DNA from: Candidatus Omnitrophota bacterium
GTDB lineage: Bacteria > Omnitrophota > Gorgyraeia > Zapsychrales > Fredricksoniimonadaceae
Direction: 5' to 3'
DNA length: 64,000 bases
NCBI GenBank assembly: GCA_030650275.1
Contig: JAUSEK010000023.1
Coordinates: 107,581-171,580 of the forward strand
Below, one piece after another: positions 48,366-58,400 of the stretch. The notes under the pieces are model-generated. The model saw nothing but the letters and a program-made list of their open reading frames with translations. It did not search any database and was not told the DNA's origin. The position numbers and the translations under genes are program-made. Each line of letters opens with the position of its first letter. The stretch's first letter is position 1.

Positions 48366-50711
48366 ATGCGTAAAAAGACCCTTTTTATTTTTGTTTGCGC
48401 CTTCACTTTTTGTTTTTTCGCCGGCGCCAATATCCTTTGGGCCCAAGAAGTTACGGACCAGCAGCAGGCAGCAGCTCCCGCAGCCCCCGTCAAGATCGTC
48501 AAGGCCATTGATATCCGCGGCAACAAGTCCATCGGGATCGCCCAGGTCCTGGCGAAGATCAAAATACGCGTGGGACAGGAATACCTGGAGAACGTGGTCA
48601 GCGATGACCTCAAGCGACTGTATAATACCGGCCATTTCGCCGACGTGCAGATCGAGCATGAGGATCACGAGGGCGGGTATAAAGTCATTGTGCTTTTGAA
48701 AGAAAAGCCCATTGTTGAAGAGATCACCTTTTCCAAATTGCGCCATTTCAATACGCGCCATTTGGAAAGCAAAATGAAGACCAAGAAAGACAGGTTCCTG
48801 GACAATAAGACGGTCAAGGATGATGTCAATACCATTGAGGACCTTTATAAGAAGAAAGGCCTCACCCAGGTCAACGTGGACGTTGAGACATTTGTGGATG
48901 AGACCACCAACAAGGCCAGTTTGCATTTCATCATCCGCGAGGGCTGGCGCGTCAAGATCAAACGCATCGGTGTGTACGGCAACACCGCCTATCCGGACAA
49001 ACGCATCATCAAGGTCATGAAGTCCCGCCCGGCATGGCTGTTCAACTCCGGGTTCCTGAAAGAGGAGGTCTTAGAGGAAGACATGACCCGCATCCAGTCT
49101 TTTTATGAGCAAAACGGTTACATCGACGCCAAGGCCGGCCATAAGATCGAAGGGCTGTATAAGGGCCTGGTCAACGTTGTCATCACCATTGAGGAAGGCA
49201 AGCGTTATTACGTCGGCGATGTGGTCTTCAGCGGTAATGCCGCCGCCTCCGAATACGAGATCAAGAGCAATATCAAGAACATGCGCGAGGGCAATGTGTT
49301 CAGCCGCGAGAAATTGGATGAGGACATCGGCAAGATCCGCGATTCTTATTTTGACCGCGGTTACATTTCCGCCAACGTGCAGGAGTCCACGTCGTTCAAT
49401 ACGGATACGGGCAAGGTGGACATCAGGATGGATATTAAGGAAGGCAATTTAGCGTATATCGACAAGATCAAGATCCAGGGCAACACCCAGACCCGCGACA
49501 TCGTCATCCGCCGGGAACTGCGCATGTATCCCGGCGACCAGTTCGACGGAAAGAAGCTGCGCAAGTCCAAGGACCGCCTCAAAGACCTGGGGTATTTTGA
49601 GGACGTGGGCTACGACATTGAAGACACCGACAAACCGGACCAGAAGGACTTGATCGTGCAGGTCAAGGAAGCCAAGACCGGCAGTTTCTCTTTCGGCGGC
49701 GGTTACAGTACGGTGGACCGGATCGTCGGGTTCATCGAGATCGAGCAGAAGAATTTTGACATTTCCAAATGGCCAACGTTTACCGGCGGCGGCCAGGACC
49801 TGCGCGTGCGCGCGGAAGCTGGCTCCACCCGCCACAACATTGTGTTGAGTTTTACGGAGCCGTGGCTTTTCGATTATCCGGTTTCCGGGGGCTTTGACGT
49901 TTTTGCCACCCAGCAGAAACGCGACAGCACCACCGGTTACGCCTACGATGAAACACGTACCGGCGGCGATCTGCGTTTGGGCAAAAGGTTCGATGATCAT
50001 TTCTCGATCGGGTCGACCTACCGGCTGGAACAGATCAAGATCAATAATTTGGACAGCGGCGTTTCCGCGGACCTGTCTGCCGAAGAGGGTACCAACGTGG
50101 TCAGCGCTCTCGGGTTTTCCACCACCCACGATCACCGCGACAGCACGTTAAGCCCCACGCAAGGATGGGTCATCCAGAACAATGCCGATTTTGCCGGCAG
50201 TTTCCTCGGGGGAGACAAGGATTTCTACCGTTTGCAGACATCGGGCAGTTATTATGTCCCGTTCAAGTTCGATGAATTGATCACGGTCCTGCAGATGAGC
50301 GCCAGGACCGGCCTGGTCAAGCCCTATGGCGATTCGGACAAGGTCCCTATTTTTGAGCGGTATTTCGCCGGCGGCGCGCGTTCCATCCGCGGTTACAATG
50401 AACGCCGGGTGGGGCCTTTGGACCCCGGCAGCAATGATTCCATCGGCGGTGAAGCCATGTTCGTCGGTAATGTCGAATACACGGTGCCCATTGTCGAGAT
50501 CCTCAAGGCCGCGGTATTTTTTGATACCGGTAATGTCTGGAGCGATACGAAGGATTACGGTTCGGGCCTCAAAAGCGGCACCGGCTTAGGGCTGCGGGTC
50601 AAGACCCCCATCGGCCCCATCAACCTGGATTATGGTATTCCTTTGAACGATGAGCCCGGCGAAAGCAAGAGAAGCGGCAAGTTCTATTTCAGCGTCAGCC
50701 GTGGTTTTTAA
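48366..50711 (+). CDS. bamA: Outer membrane protein assembly factor BamA
   Basis: Signal peptide, POTRA repeats, IRGY, TPIGPI.LDY, C-terminal F. Confidence 0.96.
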   Translation: MRKKTLFIFVCAFTFCFFAGANILWAQEVTDQQQAAAPAAPVKIVKAIDIRGNKSIGIAQVLAKIKIRVGQEYLENVVSDDLKRLYNTGHFADVQIEHEDHEGGYKVIVLLKEKPIVEEITFSKLRHFNTRHLESKMKTKKDRFLDNKTVKDDVNTIEDLYKKKGLTQVNVDVETFVDETTNKASLHFIIREGWRVKIKRIGVYGNTAYPDKRIIKVMKSRPAWLFNSGFLKEEVLEEDMTRIQSFYEQNGYIDAKAGHKIEGLYKGLVNVVITIEEGKRYYVGDVVFSGNAAASEYEIKSNIKNMREGNVFSREKLDEDIGKIRDSYFDRGYISANVQESTSFNTDTGKVDIRMDIKEGNLAYIDKIKIQGNTQTRDIVIRRELRMYPGDQFDGKKLRKSKDRLKDLGYFEDVGYDIEDTDKPDQKDLIVQVKEAKTGSFSFGGGYSTVDRIVGFIEIEQKNFDISKWPTFTGGGQDLRVRAEAGSTRHNIVLSFTEPWLFDYPVSGGFDVFATQQKRDSTTGYAYDETRTGGDLRLGKRFDDHFSIGSTYRLEQIKINNLDSGVSADLSAEEGTNVVSALGFSTTHDHRDSTLSPTQGWVIQNNADFAGSFLGGDKDFYRLQTSGSYYVPFKFDELITVLQMSARTGLVKPYGDSDKVPIFERYFAGGARSIRGYNERRVGPLDPGSNDSIGGEAMFVGNVEYTVPIVEILKAAVFFDTGNVWSDTKDYGSGLKSGTGLGLRVKTPIGPINLDYGIPLNDEPGESKRSGKFYFSVSRGF

Positions 50712-50755
50712 CGGGTCGTCCCGCCGCATTTTTTAAACAACAACAGGAGGGGTGT

Positions 50756-51268
50756 ATGAAAGCGGTCAAATGTTTTATTCTAACGGTGGTGTTCGCTCTG
50801 ACAATGGGGCTTTCAGCCCATGCCAAGGAGATGAAATACGCGTTCGTTGATCTAAGCCGCGTCTTCGATAATTATCAGAAGACCAAGGATTCCGACGCTG
50901 TCCTGCAGAAAGACAGCCAGGCATTCCAGAAGGAACGTGACAAGATGGTTGAGAAGGTCCGCGATGCCCAGGGCAAACTGGCCCTTTTGAAAGAATCTGA
51001 AAAGCAGAAAACGCAGGCCGACATCGATAAACAACAGGCCGACCTCATTGAATTCAATAAGCAAAAAATGACGGAATTGGCCAAACAGCGCGATGAGAAA
51101 GTCCGCGAGATCCTGCTGGAGATCGAAAAGAACGTCAGCGCAATGGCCAAGAAGGAAGGCTATGATATGATCTTCAACGACCGCGTTCTGGTCTATGGGG
51201 ACCAGAGCATGAACCTCACCGAGAAGGTCCTGAAAGGCCTTAACGACAGTTATCCCGGAAAGAAATAA
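50756..51268 (+). CDS. skp: Skp/OmpH chaperone
   Basis: Signal peptide, AFVD, AKKEGYDMI, NLTEKV; synteny. Confidence 0.92.
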   Translation: MKAVKCFILTVVFALTMGLSAHAKEMKYAFVDLSRVFDNYQKTKDSDAVLQKDSQAFQKERDKMVEKVRDAQGKLALLKESEKQKTQADIDKQQADLIEFNKQKMTELAKQRDEKVREILLEIEKNVSAMAKKEGYDMIFNDRVLVYGDQSMNLTEKVLKGLNDSYPGKK

Positions 51269-51277
51269 CCAAAGCCC

Positions 51278-52312
51278 ATGTCCCATTCCGTTGCCGATAT
51301 CGCGCGTTGGGTCGGCGGCGAGATCACCGGCGATGGGAAAGCCCTGATCACCGGATGCGCCGGCATCGAAGAGGCGCAAAAAAGTGATATCACTTTTTTG
51401 GCCGACCGGAAATACGCGTCTTCGGCCAAGGCCACCCGGGCGGGTGCCATCATTGTTCCCCGGCAGGTTGTTTTGCCGGGGAAAACTTTTATACGGGTGG
51501 ATAACCCGTCGCTGGCTTTCATTGAAGTGATGCGCCGGCTTTTGCCAGATCCTTCCCGCCATTTTCCTAAAGGCATACATCCAACGGCCGTCGTCGCCAA
51601 AGATGCTGTATTGGGCAAAGGCGTCGCCCTCGGCCCTTATACGGTCGTGGAAAGCGGCGCGTCTTTGGGTGAAGGGACGGTCGTGCACGGCCATTGTTAT
51701 GTCGGGCCCGGGACTTCCGTCGGGAAAAATTGCCTTTTGTATCCCGGGGTCATCCTGCGCGAGCATATCACGGTCGGTGCCCGGGTCATCATCCAGCCCG
51801 GGGCTGTCATCGGTTCCGACGGGTATGGCTTTGTGACTGTGGAGGGCAAACACGTCAAATTGCCGCAGGTGGGCACGGTTGTCATCGGGGATGATGTCGA
51901 GATCGGCTCCAACGTCACCATTGACCGCGCGCGTTTTGACAAGACCGTCATCGGTGAGGGGACCAAGATCGACAATCTTGTCCAGATCGCGCACAACGTC
52001 ATCATCGGCAAACATTGTTTGATCGTGGCCCAGGCCGGTGTTTCGGGCAGCACGCGCATCGGCGATCATGTCATTTTGGCGGGCCAGGCCGGTATCGTCG
52101 GGCATTTGACCATCGGCGACGGCGCCGTTGTCACGGCCCAGTCCGGGGTCAGCAAGGACATCAAGGCGGGCGAACAGGTGTTCGGGTCGCCGGCGCAGCC
52201 CATCAAAGACGCGTTTCGGGCCCGTGCCCATATCCAGCGGCTGGACCATTATGCGAAGACCATTAAAGACCTGAAGAAAAGGATCGAGGACCTGGAAAAG
52301 AAGGTCCGTTGA
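51278..52312 (+). CDS. lpxD: UDP-3-O-acyl-GlcN N-acyltransferase
   Basis: IGSDGYGF, TIDRA, TKIDNLVQIAHN. Confidence 0.97.
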   Translation: MSHSVADIARWVGGEITGDGKALITGCAGIEEAQKSDITFLADRKYASSAKATRAGAIIVPRQVVLPGKTFIRVDNPSLAFIEVMRRLLPDPSRHFPKGIHPTAVVAKDAVLGKGVALGPYTVVESGASLGEGTVVHGHCYVGPGTSVGKNCLLYPGVILREHITVGARVIIQPGAVIGSDGYGFVTVEGKHVKLPQVGTVVIGDDVEIGSNVTIDRARFDKTVIGEGTKIDNLVQIAHNVIIGKHCLIVAQAGVSGSTRIGDHVILAGQAGIVGHLTIGDGAVVTAQSGVSKDIKAGEQVFGSPAQPIKDAFRARAHIQRLDHYAKTIKDLKKRIEDLEKKVR

Positions 52313-52313
52313 T

Positions 52314-53645
52314 ATGAACCAACACACCATCCAATCACCGGTCACCTTGTCCGGCACGGGGTTGCATACGGGGCAGAAGGTGACGTGCACCTTAAAACCC
52401 GCCGTGGCCGGGGAAGGCGTGCGTTTCGTGCGCATTGACCTGCCCGGGCAGCCGGTCATCAAGGTTTGTCCGTCATCGGCTGTCATGGACGCCGGGGTCA
52501 CGCGCTGCACCATTGTGCAGGCCGACAGTGCCAGGGTATCGACCGTTGAACATTTATTGGCCGCTTTGGGCGGGCTGTCCGTGGACAATGTCACCATCGC
52601 GATCGACGGGCCCGAAGTGCCGGGTCTGGACGGCAGCAGTCTGGATTTCGCGGCGGCCATTAAGAAGGCGGGGATCGTTGAACTGAAAAGCGCCCCCCAA
52701 GATATTTTTGAGATCAGGGAACCGATCATCGTCACCCATAAGAACGCGTTTTTGGCCATCGTGCCCGCGCCGGAATTCAGCGTATCCTATACGCTGGATT
52801 ACGACCACCCGGCTTTGCGTTCCCAGTTTTTCACCTTGTCCGTTGATCCCAAGACCTTTGAACGCGCATTGGCAGGTGCCCGCACATTTTGTCTGCAAGA
52901 GGAAGCGCAAGAGATCCGGGCCAAGGGGCTGGGCAAAGGCGCCGACCGCCACAATACCCTGGTCATGGGCAGGGACGGACCCCTGGACAATTCATTGCGT
53001 TTTCCCGACGAGTGCGCCCGGCACAAGGTTTTGGATATTGTCGGGGACCTGTTTTTGCTGGGATACGGCGTGCGCGGGGCCGTGGTCGCGACCAAGAGCG
53101 GCCATGCCTTGAACCGCGAACTCGTCAAAAAGATCGACGCCCAGCGCAAGAAATATGCCGCGACCGCTTTTGTTCCCGCCTCTCTGCCGTCGGGCGGGCG
53201 TGTTTTTACCATTGACCAGATCCAGAAGATCCTGCCGCACCGTTACCCGTTCTTGCTGGTGGACCGCGTCATTGAGGTCGAACAGGGCAAGCGCGGGATA
53301 GGCGTCAAGAACGTCACCATCAACGACGGGTTCTTCCAGGGGCATTTTCCGGCCAAGCCGGTGATGCCGGGCGTTTTGATGGTGGAAGCCATGGCGCAGA
53401 CCGCCGGGGTCGTGGTTTTGACAAGTGGGCTGCACAGTGGTAAAGTAGCGCTATTCATGGCCATTGAAGCGGTCAAGTTCCGCAAGGTGGTTTCTCCGGG
53501 CGACCAGCTGCTGATGGAAGTTGAGATCATCCGCGACCGCGACCGCACCGCGAGCGTCAAGGGCACGGGCAGGGTGGACGGGGAGATCGTTGTTGAGGCC
53601 GAAATGCTTTTTTCGTACACGGACGCGTCCTACCTTTACGCGTGA
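52314..53645 (+). CDS. lpxC: Bifunctional LpxC-FabZ fusion
   Basis: GLHTG, TVEHLLAAL, ARTF, RHKVLD (LpxC); LPHRYPFLLVD, GHFP..PVMPG (FabZ). Confidence 0.96.
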   Translation: MNQHTIQSPVTLSGTGLHTGQKVTCTLKPAVAGEGVRFVRIDLPGQPVIKVCPSSAVMDAGVTRCTIVQADSARVSTVEHLLAALGGLSVDNVTIAIDGPEVPGLDGSSLDFAAAIKKAGIVELKSAPQDIFEIREPIIVTHKNAFLAIVPAPEFSVSYTLDYDHPALRSQFFTLSVDPKTFERALAGARTFCLQEEAQEIRAKGLGKGADRHNTLVMGRDGPLDNSLRFPDECARHKVLDIVGDLFLLGYGVRGAVVATKSGHALNRELVKKIDAQRKKYAATAFVPASLPSGGRVFTIDQIQKILPHRYPFLLVDRVIEVEQGKRGIGVKNVTINDGFFQGHFPAKPVMPGVLMVEAMAQTAGVVVLTSGLHSGKVALFMAIEAVKFRKVVSPGDQLLMEVEIIRDRDRTASVKGTGRVDGEIVVEAEMLFSYTDASYLYA

Positions 53646-53650
53646 TCGTT

Positions 53651-54427
53651 ATGTCTTTCATTCATCCAACCGCCATCATTGCTTCTGAGGCCCGTCTGGG
53701 CAAGGACGTGAGCGTCGGGCCTTATACGGTCATTGAAGGCCCTGTCACCATCGGGGATGGGACCGTCATCGGCGCCCATTGCGTTGTCGAAGGTCACACG
53801 ACCTTAGGGGAAAAATGCGAGCTGTATACGGCCGCGGTCATCGGCAGCCGTCCGCAGGACAAAAAACACAACAGCAAAGACCAGGTGACCCTTAAGATCG
53901 GCAACAATAACATTTTTCGTGAATACGTCACCGCCAATCCCGGCACCGTCGAGGGCGGGGGCACGACGTCCATCGGCAATAACAATTTATTCATGGCCTG
54001 TTCCCACGTGGCCCATGACTGCCATATCGGCGATGACTGTGTCCTGGCCAATTATGTCGGCCTCTCCGGCCATGTGACCATTGAGGACCGCGCGCTCATC
54101 GGCGGCCTTTCCGGCGTGCATCAATTCGCCCGCGTCGGTTACATGTCCATCATCGGGGGGTGCTCCAAGGTGAACCAGGACGTGCCGCCTTATTCCATGG
54201 TGGACGGCAATCCCGCGACCTTAAGGGGTTTGAACGCCATCGGGATCAAGCGCGCCGGCATCCCTTCGGATACGGCTTTGGCTTTGCGCCGGGCTTTTAA
54301 AATTCTTTTTAATTCAGGGCTGGCCAGGGGCAATGCCCTCACACAGGTTGAACAACAGATGGGGAGCATTCCGGAAATTCAACGTTTGCTGGAATTCATT
54401 AAAAATTCTAAACGCGGGATCTCATGA
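53651..54427 (+). CDS. lpxA: UDP-GlcNAc acyltransferase
   Basis: IHPTA, PQDKK, HVAHDC, VHQF, GLNAIG. Confidence 0.97.
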   Translation: MSFIHPTAIIASEARLGKDVSVGPYTVIEGPVTIGDGTVIGAHCVVEGHTTLGEKCELYTAAVIGSRPQDKKHNSKDQVTLKIGNNNIFREYVTANPGTVEGGGTTSIGNNNLFMACSHVAHDCHIGDDCVLANYVGLSGHVTIEDRALIGGLSGVHQFARVGYMSIIGGCSKVNQDVPPYSMVDGNPATLRGLNAIGIKRAGIPSDTALALRRAFKILFNSGLARGNALTQVEQQMGSIPEIQRLLEFIKNSKRGIS

Positions 54428-54468
54428 AAACCATAGGATTGATCGCGGGGCGCTGGTCGGCCGAATAA
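54424..54468 (+). pseudogene. Truncated duplicate of the lpxI 5' end (MKTIGLIAGRWSAE*)
   Basis: Same KTIGLIAG peptide as the lpxI N-terminus but with synonymous codons; ATG overlaps the lpxA stop. Confidence 0.7.
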
Positions 54469-54528
54469 GGCCGACCGTTTAGCGCGCCGGCGAGACAGTG
54501 AGCCGGCCGGGCAGCACAAGGAGGCGGC

Positions 54529-55341
54529 GTGTTGGCTAATAAAACTATCGGCCTTATAGCTGGGAACAGGCAGTTCCCTTTTTTATTTGCCCGGGCCGCC
54601 AAAGACCAGGGTTACAAGGTCGTGGCCGCGGGGGTTTGGGGGGACACCTCCCCGCTATTGGCCGCGTTCGCCGACGATTTCCGGTATTTTTACGTCGGAC
54701 AGATGAAAAAGATGATCGCGTATTTTAAGGACAAGGGGGTCACGCAGGTCATCATGGCCGGACAGGTCAACCCCGATCATCTTTTCGATCCCCGTCTTGC
54801 CCTTGACGAAGAATTCGCTTCCCTGGAGGGATCCCTCAAAGACCGCAAGGCCGACACCATTTTTTCCGCCGTTGCCGGCAGATTGGGCGAACACGGCATG
54901 GCCTTGCTGGATTCAACATTCCTGCTCAAGAAATACCTGGCCCCCAAAGGCACATTGACCCACCGCGGTCCGACGCTGGCGGAACTGGCGGACATGGAAT
55001 TCGGCTTCACCATCGCCAAACTCATGGGCGGCATCGACGTCGGGCAGACGGTCGTGGTCAAGGAAAAGGCCATTGTCGCCATCGAGGCCATGGAAGGCAC
55101 GGACAATGCCATCGCACGCGGCGGCGCCATCGCGCGCGGCGGGGCCGTGGTGGTCAAGACCGCCAAACCCGCCCAGGACAACCGTTTTGATGTTCCTGTT
55201 GTGGGCCCGCAGACCATCCGCGTCATGGCCCGCGTCAAAGCCGCCTGCTTGAGCATTGAAGCCGGTAAGACCCTTCTCATTGACCGCGAAGCAACCGTCC
55301 GTCTGGCCGACCGTCACGGGATCTGCATCGTCGCTGCCTAG
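54529..55341 (+). CDS. lpxI: UDP-2,3-diacylglucosamine hydrolase LpxI
   Basis: GLIAG..FP, DVGQTVV, AIEAMEGTD, KPAQD.RFDVP. Confidence 0.95.
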   Translation: MLANKTIGLIAGNRQFPFLFARAAKDQGYKVVAAGVWGDTSPLLAAFADDFRYFYVGQMKKMIAYFKDKGVTQVIMAGQVNPDHLFDPRLALDEEFASLEGSLKDRKADTIFSAVAGRLGEHGMALLDSTFLLKKYLAPKGTLTHRGPTLAELADMEFGFTIAKLMGGIDVGQTVVVKEKAIVAIEAMEGTDNAIARGGAIARGGAVVVKTAKPAQDNRFDVPVVGPQTIRVMARVKAACLSIEAGKTLLIDREATVRLADRHGICIVAA

Positions 55342-55400
55342 AAAACGCTTTCCCGAAAACCCCTCCAGGGCTTGTTTTAGGTGTATTTATATTCCATACT
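55341..55400 (+). promoter_or_regulatory. Conserved upstream element of large-protein paralogue 2
   Basis: GAAAACGCTTTCCC, GGGCTTGTTTT, CATACT 8 nt before ATG; shared with 35014-35074. Confidence 0.65.
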
Positions 55401-55408
55401 TGTAGTAT

Positions 55409-58400
55409 ATGAAATACCCCGTATTCCGTCGTTTAACCTGCGCTTTGGTCATTATTACCTTTACGGCAACGATGACCCCAGCTTTGCACGCACAGGAAAT
55501 TTCGCTTCCTCAGCCCGGCGTCCGCGTATCCTTAAGCCCCGCCTTTAACCCCCCAGTCCTCAAAGGCCTCAAGGTCCATTCCGATAATCCGTTTCGTTTT
55601 GATTTTATCCTTGATCAAGGTGATTCCCTCCCCCTTGTGGGGAGGGCCAGGGAGGGGGACAAACAAGAACAACTCAAACAAGAAGCCAACAAACTCATCA
55701 AATACTTCCTCGCCTCTCTGACCGTGCCAGAGAAAGACCTCTGGGTCAACCTCTCTCCCTATGAGAAAGACCGTATCGTCCCCACATCTTTCGGTCAAAC
55801 CGAGATGGGAAGGGATCTTCTGGCCCAGGACTATCTGCTTAAGCAAATAACCGCATCTCTGATCTATCCAGAGGATGAATTGGGTAAGACCTTCTGGAAC
55901 AGGATCTACCAAGAAGCATCCAGGAGATACCATACAACCAACATCCCGGTCAATACATTCAACAAGGTATGGATCGTACCCGAGAAAGCCGTAGTGTACG
56001 AGAACGCGCAGGCGGGAACGGCTTACGTTGTCGAATCCAGATTGAAGGTGATGCTAGAAGAAGATTATTTGGCATTATCCAAAAATACCGTAGGGGCGCA
56101 ATTTATTGCGCCCGATAAGGGTTCGATGAATCGAACCCCTACGGATGTTAATTCGTTGGGTTCCCAGATTATCCGTGAGATCGTCATCCCCGCCTTAACC
56201 AAGGAAATCAACGAAGGAAAGAACTTCGCCCAACTCCGTCAGGTCTACAATTCTCTGATCCTTGCCACCTGGTACAAGAAGAAGATCAAGGATAGTATTC
56301 TCAATAAAGTTTATTCCGATAGGAATAAAGTTTTAGGCATTGGTTACGATACGCCAACCAGGGGACATGTTGCTGGCACCGCCAGTGCCAGTAACGTGTC
56401 CCCAAGCACGCTGCCAAGCGACCCAGGGTTGAATGCGAAAGCACCCCAGGGAAACCCGCCCAACGATGTCGAAGCCATCTACCAGCAATACCTCACCGCC
56501 TTCAAGAAAGGCGTCTACAACTACATCAAAGAAGAACAAGATCCCATCACCCAACAGATTATCCCGAGGAAATATTTTTCGGGTGGTGTTAAATGGGGCA
56601 TGGCAATGCTTCAAACAACAACAGATCAGGCCATGCTCCCGCAAGTAGTTTCCGATCATGCCGCTATTGTTCAGACAAATTTAAATCCAGCCGACCGTGC
56701 GATATTCAGTAATATCACCAGTAGGGCTGATTCAGCAGCTGCTAGCCGAAGAATTCTATCGTTTAATCAAGCTAAAATGGCATTTGCCGACTTCTTGCTA
56801 GGCAGAGATGGAAAAAGCAAACAAATTGTTGATTTGCCAAGACTAGTGGATAGCCTCAATGCAATGAATAAACCTACAAGAGAAAAATTCCTAGAGTGGA
56901 CTGTGAATATGGATGATAATTGGTATCAGTATGGTTTATCCAATCATAGTAAAGCTAAATATCGTTCGCTGGCATTATTGTTAATGGAAATGGAAAGCCA
57001 TAACCGAAATGCTCCGGCTATGAAACTTTGGAATTTTCTTTCCCAACGGTTTGGAGCGTCTCGTTTTCACACAGAACAATGGGTATCTTGGCAACCTGCA
57101 ATTGACCAAAATCTGTTAAAGGATGTATTACGCATTGCGAAACGATATGGGCTGCGCGCTCATGGGACATTGAATTTTAACATGTTCGGGATCAATAAAT
57201 ATTCTGCTCTCAACGGTTTCTTTCAGAATGAATGGGGAATGCTTAATATCATGATCGATGGGAATCTGTCTCGGGGAAGCATTGGCCCTTTAGCGCCTGT
57301 TGAAGATGAAGGGAATCCGAATGTCGCGGCAGCATTATATGGCCCTTTTTATATTATTGTTGATAAACGTCAAGATGAAGTGCTGCCTGAGAGGCGTTTG
57401 AATGAGCATGACAGAGTTTCTCGAAAGGATCAGTTGATTTATCTTGTCCCAAGCGAAAAAGAAGTACTTTTTTTCAGTGAAGGTATTCGTGAAGCTTTGC
57501 ATTTGGGCCTCATTGATCAGGGAATCGCTGACGAGGTATTATCAAAACTTATGACGTATGGACAGTTCGTGATTAATCAAGCCGCATTGGCTAATCTTGA
57601 AACTCCCGGTGGCATCGACTTCAAATCTGATAAAGTGGACAGCGCCCAATTAAGCCAAGACCGGGCGATGATGACCAGACGAAATTTTCTGTCTTCGTCG
57701 GTTGCGGCAGGTATTGGACTGGTATTACCAAATGCCACCCTTGGGCAATCACTCGCAGGCTTTGGCAGGACGCCTATACCTGATAAACCAGATCAGGTCC
57801 AAGTACGATCTATTACAGGTTTTGAAACCCATGGCAATCGATACAATCTCACTTTTGAGGGGTTTAATCATAATCAGGGCGTAATAAAATCGGCGGGGCG
57901 GCAAGCGCGGGAAGTGGGTCATTTTAATTTCTTTATTTATCCCAATGGGGGATCGATACTAAGGATTGTCGGAGAATTCCCGGGGATCAATGAATCCGCG
58001 CACTTCTTTTCAGTTAACCGGGATCGGGATAAGATCAATTATATAGGCTCCACCGATAACTCTGCAGCGTTAGGGGATATTGCTTTAAACGAAGGGTTAT
58101 GGGTGCTTCTCGGTGAGTATTTAACGACAGGTTCTTTGCCTTCGGAATTTGACCAACAATTTAATATTTTATTTCCTCGTTGGGCGCCACTGAATTCTTT
58201 GACCGATCGATCGCCGTTTAATTTCTCAACAGGGCTCGTTAATGTTTTATCTCCGCGTTTTGTTCCTCCGGATGATAAAACGCTTTTGCTCGTCGGGCAG
58301 CAGCGAGACATCATTGAGGGTTATGTTCGCGCTGTTGGAGTGCCCGGTGGGTTTATGTCCTATACATCCATTAAACATTTGGAGGGATTAACCACGTTGG

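Noticed and set aside
50852-52759. Long minus-strand ORFs (635 aa here; also 28779-30023, 46723-47943, 61978-63462)
   Set aside because: Antisense shadows of well-supported + strand genes; expected from GC-rich codon bias; no motifs
52314-53645. LpxC-FabZ fusion as a novelty
   Set aside because: Established architecture in several phyla, e.g. Bacteroidota
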